A DNA stretch of 64,000 bases from Antedon mediterranea (lineage: Eukaryota > Animalia > Echinodermata): positions 5,844,422 through 5,908,421 of the forward strand of contig NC_092678.1 of the NCBI RefSeq assembly GCF_964355755.1, read 5' to 3'. Positions 1 through 11,332 of the stretch are shown piece by piece. The notes under the pieces were generated by a model, which searched no databases, was not told where the DNA came from, and saw nothing but the letters and a program-made list of their open reading frames with translations. Position 1 is the first letter of the stretch. Every line of letters starts with the position of its first letter. A program made the translations under genes and the position numbers.

Positions 1-1825
1 GCGGTTTTGTCTATATAGTATATTAACGTGATAATTCATTTCATTATTTCAACCATGATAAAATGAAAATTGCTGGTAATAATAGAACATATTGAAATGT
101 TGAATTCTTTCACAATAAGACATATTTAATTGCGTATGTAAAATACTTTTGTTTTTAAATTTATAAGTTACACGGGTAATTGTTTGGAGAAATTGGCAGA
201 TTAAGGAACATTGCATTAAAATCATTTGTATAAATATAAATTTGTTTGTGGAGGAAAACAATTATTTGTTTAATTTACAGACAGATTTTTTTTATATTTT
301 ATTTTAGAAGTTGATTACCTTCTTCTACAGAACTAAGGTAATTAAATAGGGAATTCCTATAGCTAGTACAGTTAAGTACATATAATTTGTGCAACATGTG
401 ATCAGACCAGTTAATTTGGTTTAAGGAATTAAAGAAAGTTTCACTAATAACTATTAATCATTAATTCTATAATAAACAACAACATTGTGCTAATAACTAC
501 ATTAAACAGTGTCACCAAATATCTATTAGTTTATAGCACGTTTATATTCCTATTTTCATTAGATAGCAATTTTTAAAACATACCGTTTATTTACATTTAT
601 CAAATTAGACATTTAACATAAAATATCTGGTTTCTTATACATCAAAAATATTTTTTTTTAATCATGATATGATTTAAAAAAAAAATTATATTATAAATAT
701 TTTTGAACATAGAAATATGAATCGACCAAAGATTTCATTTTGTCGTAACTGGAGAATTCTGTTTAATTAAAAATATGTGTAAAATTATTAAATTGCAAAA
801 GGCCCGATCACATGTTATGTAATAATCGTAAAATATAACACTTATAAATTTCCCATAATATTGTTTTAGTCGCAAGTATTTGCTATATATGTTTTAATAA
901 AAATATGTACCACACATACAAATATGTGTAGATTATGCTCAAACGAAACAGAAAAATAACGAAAATAAACCATGCGTTAGAATTAAATTTTTAATATTTT
1001 CGAGAGGAAAAAGCATAGCACAGTCACATGGTATAAAATTGTTTGTAAATTTAGAAAAAAAAGAACATAAAATACCATGGCAACAGAATCATTGCAACAG
1101 GAAGTGGACAGACATGTTTGGATTTTTTTTTAAATTTTAATTAATTATTCTCTTCTTTTTTTTTCTTCTTAATTTACACTTAAGTCATCTATTGATATAT
1201 ATACAGGTATAAATAAAAAAAATGTTTACATATGTTGTATGAATTATTATTATATTATAATATTTTTAAGTTTCTGTGATAATAGTGGAAAGCATACTTA
1301 GAAGATTATAAGTAAAACAATTGAAAACTAACTAAAACTTTGGTCTATGTTTCAGATGCTGGCACATTTTACCACTGGAGTAGGTTCAAATCTGACATGA
1401 TCCGCTTTCAATTTTATTTATTCTAGCATCATTGAGTGATTTGGAATTAATTTAAATTTATGTACATTTATTTAAAATTGTTATAATGAAACTTCTTTCA
1501 CAAAAAAATGTAAATTGCTTTTATATCTTGAATAACCTATACAATTTTGTTTTAAATAAAATGGTTTTAAATTCAAATTGTTATTGTTCCCGAGATGTAT
1601 GACTCTGTCAATTGACACTGGCACTGATGGATTGCATCAATAAAATTCTTTTTTTTTTCTAATAATTTAATGATCGAATATTAGAATGCTGTAATTTGTG
1701 TCAATCTTACTATCGATACATAAAGATTCCATCTGGAACTCTAGCAATTATTTAGTTAATCAAAGATTTCTTTCTTTATATGTCCACAGTACATGTAGAT
1801 ATAAACTTGAACATTTTAGTTAGTA

Positions 1826-2146
1826 CAGTCAACTTACCCTTGTGCAGCCTTAATATTTTTGATTTTCTGAAAAGTCTGGTGTTTAAAATGTGTTTTTAAT
1901 GGAAAAATCGAATTTGGGCTTTTTTGGTTGAAAGTCTGGTTTTGAGATATTTCCAGTTTCCAGAGAGTCCGGAATTCAATACCAAACTCTCTGAAAACCA
2001 GAAACTCTCCAAAAAAATCAGTCTTTTCACGAGGTCAAAAAAGTCCCAAATTCATTTTTACTATTAAAAACAAATTCAGAAGACTTGAAGAAAAACCATA
2101 CAAATTAGGCCACCTCAAAGGCGTCGAGTATTGGGAGAGTTGACTG
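1826..2146. mobile_element. Inverted dimer of the TA-target MITE seen at 22873
   Basis: Ends TA|CAGTCAACT and AGTTGACTG|TA. The first half matches the reverse complement of 22873-23058 and the second half matches its forward strand. Confidence 0.75.
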
Positions 2147-3206
2147 TATTAATTTTATGTTTTTAAAATGATTTCTTTCTAAACAATTTCAGTTTGAGAG
2201 CAACAATAACATTGTGTGTCCTAATTTGATATATTGCAATATTATTTTATTTTAATAAGGAAAAGTACACTAATTTACAAATTTTGTTTAACATGTCTTG
2301 TGTCCACCTTCCATGCTGCAACGAATTCTCCACCAATAACTTAAAGGCATTCGAATAAATAAAACATTTTTTTTATTGTTTATATATATAATGCATTCAA
2401 GATATGCAATGAGTTCCATGCAAGATATAGGTGCAGAGTAAGTCAGATGGGGGGAGGGGCGGGTTGCACACAGGTAAGTGATAGGGCAGGTATATTGGGG
2501 GGGGGAGGAAGGCTACTTGGGTGGAAGTAAACAGGTGGAATTGTCTCATTTTTTAAATTGAATAAATCATTTAATAGTAATTATAGTTTAACAAATGTTT
2601 AAAATTTGACAAATTCCACTCTGCCAACAATTATGCAAATCAGGGTAAAAACTTTTTGGAAATGGATCATAGTTTTGTTAAGAAAAAAAGAATTTTGCAT
2701 TAATCAAATCATACTCTTAATATTTTTAAATATAAAGACATTATAATTATTAATAATGTTTAGTCTTATTATTCTTGATATAAAATTACAGTTCAAAAAA
2801 TTTATATTTTTTCAAGATTATGAAATTAGTTTTTTTTTATTGACAATACTAAAAGCATTATTTTGGAGATTTAATTGCCCAATCACTGACAATCTAGAAA
2901 GCCAACATTTACTTCCAAAAGTTTAGTTAACACACTTAGGGACGAGTTAACTGAGACACCCGCTACCAAATGCTTTGAGATGTTACCATAGCACCTTAAA
3001 CTAGGATTTAAATTCCAAAAACAGATTTTAAATATAGTTTTATCCAATAAAAGTATCAATTTAGTTTGATTTAGAATTTAAACTCCCAGTTTCAAACATG
3101 TACCATGATGTTTACCCACCCAGCCTATAAACAACCACCACAATATATCGCTATTATTCATAACATCAATAAAAAAGCGTTAGGGAGAGCTTAAATGGAT
3201 ACTTAC

Positions 3207-3415
3207 CCCTTTACCGCCAACCACCCCTTGTAGTTTGCACTTCAGGGAGTTTCCAGTGCACTCGTTCTCGTATATGCACCAATCACAGGCAAAATTACTA
3301 GACACACAGTTGGTACAGTCCTGGAAAGCACTACAGTCATAGAAGACAAACTCGCTGCTCACAAACTCCATGTTGGTCTCGTTTGAAAGTATGGATAGGT
3401 TCACTTTTCGAAATC
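3207..3415 (-). CDS. Plexin coding exon 7 (end of TIG-like domain and second PSI domain)
   Basis: TTTTCTAG|GA...GGG|GTAAGT; 209 bp, phase 1-0; FRKVNLSILSNETNMEFVSSEFVFYDCSAFQDCTNCVSSNFACDWCIYENECTGNSLKCKLQGVVGGKG. Confidence 0.95.
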
Positions 3416-3484
3416 CTAGAAAATTATTTTTATTGATATAAAGTTATCATTTAACATACAAGCTTTGGTCTGTCTATTCCATGG

Positions 3485-3803
3485 TATAAACTAGACTCCC
3501 AGCAGCCACTGAGTATAAACTAGACGCCCAGAAGTCGTGAATTATCAGATAGACTCCCAGCAGCTACTGAGTATAAACTAGACTCCCAGCAGCTACTGAG
3601 TATAAACTAGACTCCCAGCAGCCGTGGAGTAAAAAGTAGACTCCTAGCAGCTGTTGAGTATGAACTAGACTCTCAGCAGCTACTGAGTATAAACTAGACT
3701 CCCAGCAGCTGTGGAGTAAAAACTAGACTCCCAGAAGCCACTGATTATAAACTAGACTCTAAGAAGCTTTAGAGTATCTAGACCTCCAGAAGCCACTGAG
3801 TAT
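3485..3803. repeat. 29-bp minisatellite (~11 copies)
   Basis: Unit approx TATAAACTAGACTCCCAGCAGCYACTGAG; fills most of the 455-bp intron between coding exons 6 and 7. Confidence 0.92.
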
Positions 3804-3870
3804 CAAATAAATCTTTAAGCATTCATGGAAATTTTAATGGTTAAAAGCAAATTAAAAAAACAGTACTAAC

Positions 3871-4033
3871 CATCAGGTTTGACAATTTCTACCTCAGGTG
3901 GTGTTTCACATGTCAATGTTGGGGATTCCTTTGTGTTGTCAATTGCTAAAACCGGCATTGTTTTAATGTCTTCAAAGACGCAGAAGTAAGATTGGGGTGT
4001 CCCACTAGGAAGGCTTCTCACCGTCAAAGTTAG
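3871..4033 (-). CDS. Plexin coding exon 6 (TIG/IPT-like domain)
   Basis: CCTTCAG|CTA...GAT G|GTTAG; 163 bp, phase 0-1; LTLTVRSLPSGTPQSYFCVFEDIKTMPVLAIDNTKESPTLTCETPPEVEIVKPD. Confidence 0.92.
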
Positions 4034-4375
4034 CTGAAGGATAAAAAATAATAATTATTTACATAAATGTTTATAATATAATATACCTCATTCAGTATTT
4101 TTTTTTTAAAGTAATGGTACTTTGTTTAAACTTCCCTTCCCATGATTTTTTTTTTATGTTATAATGTGGTATGGTGGATGGCATGAGGGATCCCTTTTTA
4201 ACAGTAGAACAAGAACATAAAAGAGGGAAATTGTGCAACAAACGGACATTTTCTAGCTTAAGGCGTCAGATTCTTGTCACAATCTTGAGACAGACCTCAT
4301 TTGGCTGTCAACTCAAATCTTTTCTTCTACTAGATAACTAAGCAATTTTAGTGTCAAGGTTGATCGGTCATGCAT

Positions 4376-4989
4376 AAAATTCTCAAGCCCAAAGACTATA
4401 AACAGCTCGTAATTTGTCTAGAAGAATTCGTTTTGAATTCTTAATTTACTCTCAAGTGTACTATAAAATAGTGCTTTTTTTCCGAAATGCATATCATAGC
4501 TGATAGTTCAATATATTTTTGAAATTAAGCTGAAGATAGGTTGACCATTTTATGACATGTTGAGAAAAAAAACCCTGAATTACTGGGCTAATAAACAGAA
4601 AATAGCGACTTTGAATATACTGACAATTGAACATTTAACCAGTCTTCAGGCCAGATTCGCATTACGTGCCACCTCATCACCCAAAATTCTCAAGCCCAAA
4701 GACTATAAACAGCTCGTAATTTGTCTAGAAGAATTCGTTTTGAATTCTTAATTTACTCTCAAGTGTACTATAAAATAGTGCTTTTTTTCCGAAATGCATA
4801 TCATAGCTGATAGTTCAATATATTTTTGAAATTAAGCTGAAGATAGGTTGACCATTTTATGACATGTTGAGAAAAAAAACCCTGAATTACTGGGCTAATA
4901 AACAGAAAATAGCGACTTTGAATATACTGACAATTGAACATTTAACCAGTCTTCAGGCCAGATTCGCATTACGTGCCACCTCATCACCC
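4376..4989. repeat. 307-bp direct tandem duplication
   Basis: 4376-4682 and 4683-4989 appear identical (AAAATTCTCAAGCCC...CCTCATCACCC). Confidence 0.93.
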
Positions 4990-5061
4990 ACCTTGCAGTT
5001 GGGTTGCAAAAGTAGATAGATAATCACTGTTTAAACTAGATCCGTACCTGGTGGTAGTTAA

Positions 5062-5307
5062 GGGCGTGTGGCGCAGTGTGTTGGATGTTGGACTACTGAT
5101 CGTAAGATCGTGAGTTCAAATCCAATGCTCGTCGCATCGTTTGTATCCTAAGACAATTTACGTATTACGTTTGCCTCTCTCCTCCCAGCTGTACAAATAG
5201 GTACTCAATATATGTGTTTGATAAAAAAATGACCGGGGTAATAATATGTATGCTTAGACTGAGGTTTCACAACATTAGGCACTTTATAAATCCAGGATAT
5301 TATTATT
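5062..5307 (+). mobile_element. tRNA-derived SINE with CORE-like body, internally deleted copy
   Basis: A box TGGCGCAGTGTG, B box GAGTTCAAATCC, body TTGCCTCTCTCCTCCCAGCTGTACAAATAGGTAC, tail ATAAATCCAGGATATTATTATT; homologous to 34873-35165. Confidence 0.8.
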
Positions 5308-5660
5308 TGAGATATCACTGGTACAAAAATCTGACTGATTCAGTCTGGTCTATCAAAGGATTTTGCTCAGCAGTAATCTTCGGTGGTCATATTACAGATG
5401 GCTATATTAATGGCTTACTGGAAAGTGCAACAGACCTGTGTCCTATTATCTTCTCATACAATTTTAATGGTGTATTAATAATAGAAAGATGAAATCTTTG
5501 TTCTTTGTTTGCAGATTCTAATAGTACATGCGAATGACCTTAATAGAGATGGTTATTCTACTCACAAGAGCCATACTAAAGTAGAAATTTGTTTAACAGT
5601 CGGTTAGATAATCAATAAATATAAATATACAAAATTTATTATATTTCAAATTTCAGTCAA

Positions 5661-7217
5661 CTTCTTTACCACTTCTACTTCTTATCTCACACGCTTCCTC
5701 TTGCCATTCCTTATCCTCACTCCATTCTTGACATTTTCATCAATTTCTCCCTTTCTTCCACCATTCCTTACCCTTCTCTCTACTCCTTATTCCAAACTTC
5801 TTACCCTTCTCCTACTTCTTATTCCTCCTCCTCAAATTCTTACTATTCCTTTAACTCCTTACACCTTCTATTCCTTACTCATCTCTCCATTGCTTACCTC
5901 TCTCCTTATTCCACACCCATCCTCTCTTCACTTTCTTCTTCTCTCTTTACTCCTTCCCCTACCTTCACTTCTTCTCCCTTCATTCCTTCCCTCCCTTCAC
6001 TTTTTTTTCCCATTCCTCCTTCTCCTACCTCCACTACTTCTTCTCCCTTCACTCTATCCCTCCTTTCACTTCTTCTTCTCCCTTCACTCTATCCCTCCTT
6101 TCACTTCTCTCCCTTCCTTCCCTTTCTCTTCTTCCTTCCTTCCCCTCTCCTCCACTTCTTCCTTCTTCCTTCCTCCTTCTCCTCTTCTCTCTCTCTCTAC
6201 TCCACTACTTCTTCTTCTTCCTACCCCACCTCCTTCCTCTCCTCCTTTCACTTCTTTCTCCTTCCCTCTCCTTCTCCTACCTCCACTACTTCTTTTCCCT
6301 TGTCACTCCTCACCTCTCTTCACTTCCCCTCCCTCTCCTTCTACTATCTCCACTACTTCTTCTCCCTTCACTCCTTCCCTTTCACTTCTCCTTCCCTCTC
6401 CTTCTCCTACCTCCACTACTTCTCCTTCTCTCCCTTCCTCCTTCCCTCCTTCACTCTCCTTCTCTTATCTCCACTACTTCTCTCCCTTCACTCCTTCCCT
6501 TTCACTTCTCCTTCCCCCTCCTCCTCTTCTTCCTCCTTCATTTTCCTCCTTTCCTCTTCCTCTCTCCTTCCTCTCCTCCCCCTCATTCTCCCTCCCTCTC
6601 TTCTCCCTCCCCTCTCTTTCCTTCTCCTTCCCTCCTCCCTACTTCTTCTCCCTTCACTCCTTCCCTCCTTTCACTTCTCCTTCCCTCTCCTTCTCCTACC
6701 TCGACTACTTTTTCTCCCTTCACTCCTTTCTCTTCTTCTTCTCCCTTCCCTCTCCTTCTCCTACCTCCACTACTTCTTTTCCCTTCACTCCTCCCCTCCT
6801 TTCACTTCTCCCTCCCCTCTCCTTCTACTATCTCCACTACTTCTTCTCCCTTCACTCCTTCTCTTTCACTTCTCCTTCCCTCTCCTTTTCCTACCTCCAC
6901 TACTTCTTCTCCCTTCACTCCTTCCCTTCCCTCTCCTTCTCCTACCTCGACTACTTTTTCTCCCTTCACTCCTTTCTCTTCTTCTTCTCCCTTCTCTCTG
7001 ATTCTCCTACCTCCACTTCTTCTCCCTTCACTCCTTTCTCTTCTTCTTCTCCCTTCCCTCTGTTTCTCCTACCTTCACTACTTCTTCTCCCACCTTCACT
7101 ACTTCTTCTCCCTTCACTCCTTCCCTCCTTTCACTTCTTCTCCCTTCACTCCTTCTCCTACCGCCACTTCTTCTTCTCCCTTCACTCTTTCCCTACCTTC
7201 ACTTTTTCCCCTCCCTT
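5661..7217. repeat. ~1.55 kb polypyrimidine/polypurine low-complexity tract
   Basis: Plus strand is almost all C/T, with recurring subunits such as CTCCACTACTTCTTCTCCCTTCACTCCTT. Confidence 0.95.
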
Positions 7218-8073
7218 TATAATACATTTGAGGTTTTTATTTTATGTTATGTTATACAAATGCAGTTATTTTATTTTTGAAATTCTTTCATTTCTTTGAG
7301 TGCCTTTAATTTAGTCTCCAGACAAATCAACTACTTAGAACATAGTATAATTTTTCCCATTGAATCCATGAGTAATTATTTTCAAGAAGAGAACCAATTG
7401 TTTTCTTCTGTATAAAGCCTATACTAGTTTAATTTAATCACAAAAAAAACACACTACCTTATTCAAAATCTGATCACGCACACGTTCATCATTAAAACAT
7501 AAAAATTGATAATATTTTGCAATCAACTTGATGTCTGACATTTTGAAATAGGAATTAGATTTTGAATAATTACTACAGATTTTCAATCCGTTACCCAGCA
7601 AATTATACTGCATTCGTTTACGTACATTAATTATTGTATATGTTATTAATCTATTTTTTAAATGTCAACATAAATGTCTTGTGGTTTGCGGTTCGGAACG
7701 GTAATTAAACATCACAGGAAAATAATATGATATTTTTACTATGCCTGATCAATCATTTGGCTACAGTACATCCATTTTGAAATTAAAATTAAATACATTA
7801 TGCATGTGAAAATTAAATTGTTTCAAATGGATATTTTTGTCATTATAAATTTTTAAATTATTAATTAATTTATATTTGAAATTTTGAAATAACTGAGCCT
7901 GTTTTTCTCAGCACAAATAGGGTTTAATTTATAATATAGAATTATGTATGGTTAATTTCTTTTACTCTATAGCCGTTATTCTCATCAAGCACCTACCAAA
8001 TGTTGTTTGCGCATTCGATTAAAATCTGGTGATGAAAGTTTACCAAAATTCCCTTTTGATATTTTGAGGGGTG

Positions 8074-9819
8074 CCCGGGGCGCGATTTTTTTTTTCGTAC
8101 ATAAGTTGGGAACCCCCTCATGAAACGTCACAAAATAAACATGAATAATTCATCAGTTTTAACTGAACAACACACGCAACAAGAAAATTTTAAAATGTTC
8201 TTGTTCCGTGTGCACCCAAGCGTATAGCAACAAGAAGTGATTACACAAGTGCGGTACGATTCTAGGCCTATCTCCGCTGTTGTTGCGGCGTGCGATTTCA
8301 TAGAAGAATAGCGGCATTTTGTGTGGATTGTCGAAATAATCAGCCTTTAGTTTATGGTGTTTTAATATAATTTATTACTAAAGAATTACGTGTTAAAATT
8401 ATAGTTTCTATTAATACTATTAGGCCTAATTATTAGTCTCTAAACCCATGTCTATTCTAGTAGTAGCTGTGTGGGTGTGTGTGACGTGTGTGTGTTAGGT
8501 ATGACCAAAGATAGTTACACTATCTTTGGTATGACACAATCCGAGTAATAAGTCAGCAAAATTAAACAATAAACATTACACAAAAATACATTTTTTATTC
8601 TCGTGGGTCAAATCTTCCCATCTCATGTGTTCATATACGCGCAGTTTTAAAGTTCCTTTGAGTACATGCATATTGTTTGATAATAAAATAGCAGAATTAA
8701 AAAAATACAGTATAGGCCTACAAATTATACACATTCTTTATTCTTGTGGGTCTAAGCTTTCTTTGGGCTATGTCCAATGAATTACTACTTAGTTTAATCA
8801 TGGAGGTATAAAATAAATTTATTTTATACCTCCATGGTTTAATGTCTTGCCTAGCTGTCGATTAGCCTCGACTCGACACATTTTGTGTGAAGAAGAGTGC
8901 GCGAAGGCAATCACGTGAATTGACTTAGAATCCTAGGCCTACAGTAGAAAGTATCGTATCGCAGTTGTGTACGTGTGCACCCAAGCGTATAGCAACAAGA
9001 AGTGATTACACGCACAACTAAACTGCGATACGATTCTTTCTACAGTAGGCCTAGGATTCTAGGTCAATTCACGTGATTGCCTTCGCGCACTCTTCTTAAT
9101 CTTCACACACACACCACTATGCAAAATGTGTCGAGGCTAATCGACAGCTAGGCAAGATATTAAACTAAGTACTGTAGTTAATTGGACATAGCCCAAAGAA
9201 AGCTTAGACCCACAAGAATAAAAAATGTATATAATTTGTGTACTGTAATTTTTTAATTCTGCTATTTTATTATCAAACAATATGCATGTACTCAAAGGAA
9301 CTTTAAAAATGCGCGTATATGAACACATGAGATGGGAAGATTAGACTCACGAGAATAAAAAATGTATTTTTGTGTAATGTTTATTGTTTAATTTTGCTGA
9401 CTTATTACTCGGACTGTGTCATACCTAACACACACACGTCACACACCCCACACAGCTACTACTAGAATAGAAATGGGTTTAGAGACTAATAATTAGGCCT
9501 GATAGTATTAATAGAAACTATAATTTTAACACGTAATTCTTTAGTAATAAATTATATTAAAAACACCATAAACCAAAGGCTGATTATTTCGACAATCCAC
9601 ACAAAACGACGCTATTCTTCTATGAAATCGCACGCCGCATCCACAGCGGAGATAGGCCTAGAATCGTATCGCAGTTGTATTGTGTAATCACTTCTTGTTG
9701 CTATACGCTTGGGTGCACACGGAACAAGAAAATTTAACTGATGAATTATTCATGTTTATTTTGTGACGTTTCATGAAGGGGTCCCCAACTTATGTACGAA
9801 AAAAAAAATCGCGTCCGGG
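8074..9819. mobile_element. Foldback (long inverted repeat) non-coding element, ~1.75 kb
   Basis: 8074-8966 aligns with the reverse complement of ~9021-9819 along its length, with scattered substitutions and indels; spacer ~55 bp; no ORF. Confidence 0.88.
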
Positions 9820-9953
9820 GCGGATCAATGAATTTGAAATAGTGAGCCCAGGGCCCGTTAGGTAACTGACACCCCTAGATAGTCGAAAATGGTAGTCTCT
9901 CACATAAAATTCATGATAAAATGGCACCCCCCACCCTCCCAGTTGACCCGGAA

Positions 9954-10299
9954 TTTTTTTTTTTATTCAATCAAAACCAACAGCGATAATTACCGCTACT
10001 AACAGGTTTGATACAAACAAAGCCAGGACTGTTTAAAGCACCTTGATTGTTCTTGACATTGATCAGGGGCTTCTCTCGTCCAGTGCCCTCCTTGACCAGA
10101 GGTCTAAGGCAGATACTAGATGCAGGGGCTGCCATAAGAGTCAGCAGTGCTGATTGCAAATGCCTAATGGGACCCCAGCTCCGTATACAGCACCCGCTAT
10201 TCCCAGATGGTCTCCCATCCAAGTTCTAACCAGGCCCAACGTTGCTTAACTTTGGTGATCTGACGAGAACCGGTGTTTCAACGTGGTAAAGCCGTATAT
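9954..10299 (-). mobile_element. 5S rRNA-headed SINE (SINE3-type), near full-length copy
   Basis: 10299-~10184 reads TACGGCTTTACCACGTTGAAACACCGGTTCTCGTCAGATCACCAAAGTTAAGCAACGTTGGGCCTGGTTAGAACTTGGATGGGAGACCATCTGGGAATAGCGGGTGCTGTA, which is 5S-like. No T-run terminator follows; instead a ~220 nt body shared with 29932-30223 and an A tail. Confidence 0.85.
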
Positions 10300-10611
10300 G
10301 ACACTCCAATGTATCGCACATAGCAATCAACAAAGCAATCATACTTTTCTACTGGCCAGTAACATTGTTTGCGTATGTTCTGTTAGAGATGCTTATTATG
10401 TGTTTTTTTTTGTCAGTATTTTTAGTCACGTGCGACGCAACTCTACAGCTCACTATGTCGGTCGGTTGGTCGGTAAACACTAACTTATTTTTAAAGAGAT
10501 AATAAAGACTATGTCTGTTAATTCTAGAGTGTGGGGTGTCTTAGCCACCACCTAAATCTGTGCCATTCACAAAAAACCTAGCCTTATGAGGAAACATTTT
10601 TCCAAGCCTAC

Positions 10612-10747
10612 CTCAATTTGCATATCACTTGGCAGGTTAGCTGGCTCAATGTCGGTAATGTTAATGCACTGGTCAAAATGATTCAACCAACGGTTCTCTC
10701 CATCTTTATACGCTCCAGTGCATTCATTGTCATTTTTACGGGTACAT
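10612..10747 (-). CDS. Plexin coding exon 5 (first PSI domain, C-terminal half)
   Basis: TTTCAG|A TGT...GAG|GTAGG; 136 bp, phase 2-0; CTRKNDNECTGAYKDGENRWLNHFDQCINITDIEPANLPSDMQIE completes the PSI cysteine pattern. Confidence 0.92.
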
Positions 10748-11271
10748 CTGAAATTACAAAACAGTTAATACTTACTAATACAATACCAACGTAAATTTTT
10801 TTTAAAATAAAATTTGTGATAAGCCACTACTAATTAGGACAATTATATGTTAAAAAAATAACGATAGGTACCTGGAAATGAGAGTGCATTACTGTAAGCG
10901 CAGCGGAAGTCCCATTGGGATATGCATTATGCATAATAACATTACACAACAGAAATGAGGATTTGTGGTCAATGATATCACATATGCTATGCAAACACAA
11001 TTTATGCATTAGTGCCATTAATAATATTTAGCAACTTAATTGCAAATTCTCAATTAAAATCCTTTGAAAAAAAATAGTTGAAGTAGTCTGTAACAGAATT
11101 ACAATTTAATTGTAATAATCAACAAAATTTAGGTTATACAGTATGATATTTTCACATCATACACATCCAACAGCAAGCAACTCACAAATTACAGAAATTA
11201 CAGAATTTATCTTTCTTACAAACTAAGTCTCATTTGCGGCTTAGCGAGTAAAGTAGAAAGAGTCTCAAGTT

Positions 11272-11332
11272 ACAACAGGATTGAACCAGAACCTTGGGAT
11301 TGGAAGGCAAGTACATTAACCATCAAGCTACC
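11272..11332 (-). mobile_element. Degenerate tRNA-like SINE head fragment
   Basis: Minus strand GGTAGCTTGATGGTTAATGTACTTGCCTTCCAATCCCAAGGTTCTGGTTCAATCCTG with A- and B-box-like motifs; incomplete cloverleaf. Confidence 0.45.

Noticed and set aside
5701-7299. 532-aa and 233-aa plus-strand ORFs rich in L/S/P/F
   Set aside because: Artefacts of the CT tract, where stop codons are rare; low complexity, non-ATG starts, antisense within an intron.
10184-10299. Functional 5S rRNA gene
   Set aside because: Has several substitutions, no terminator, and is fused to a body shared with a second dispersed copy; treated as a SINE head.
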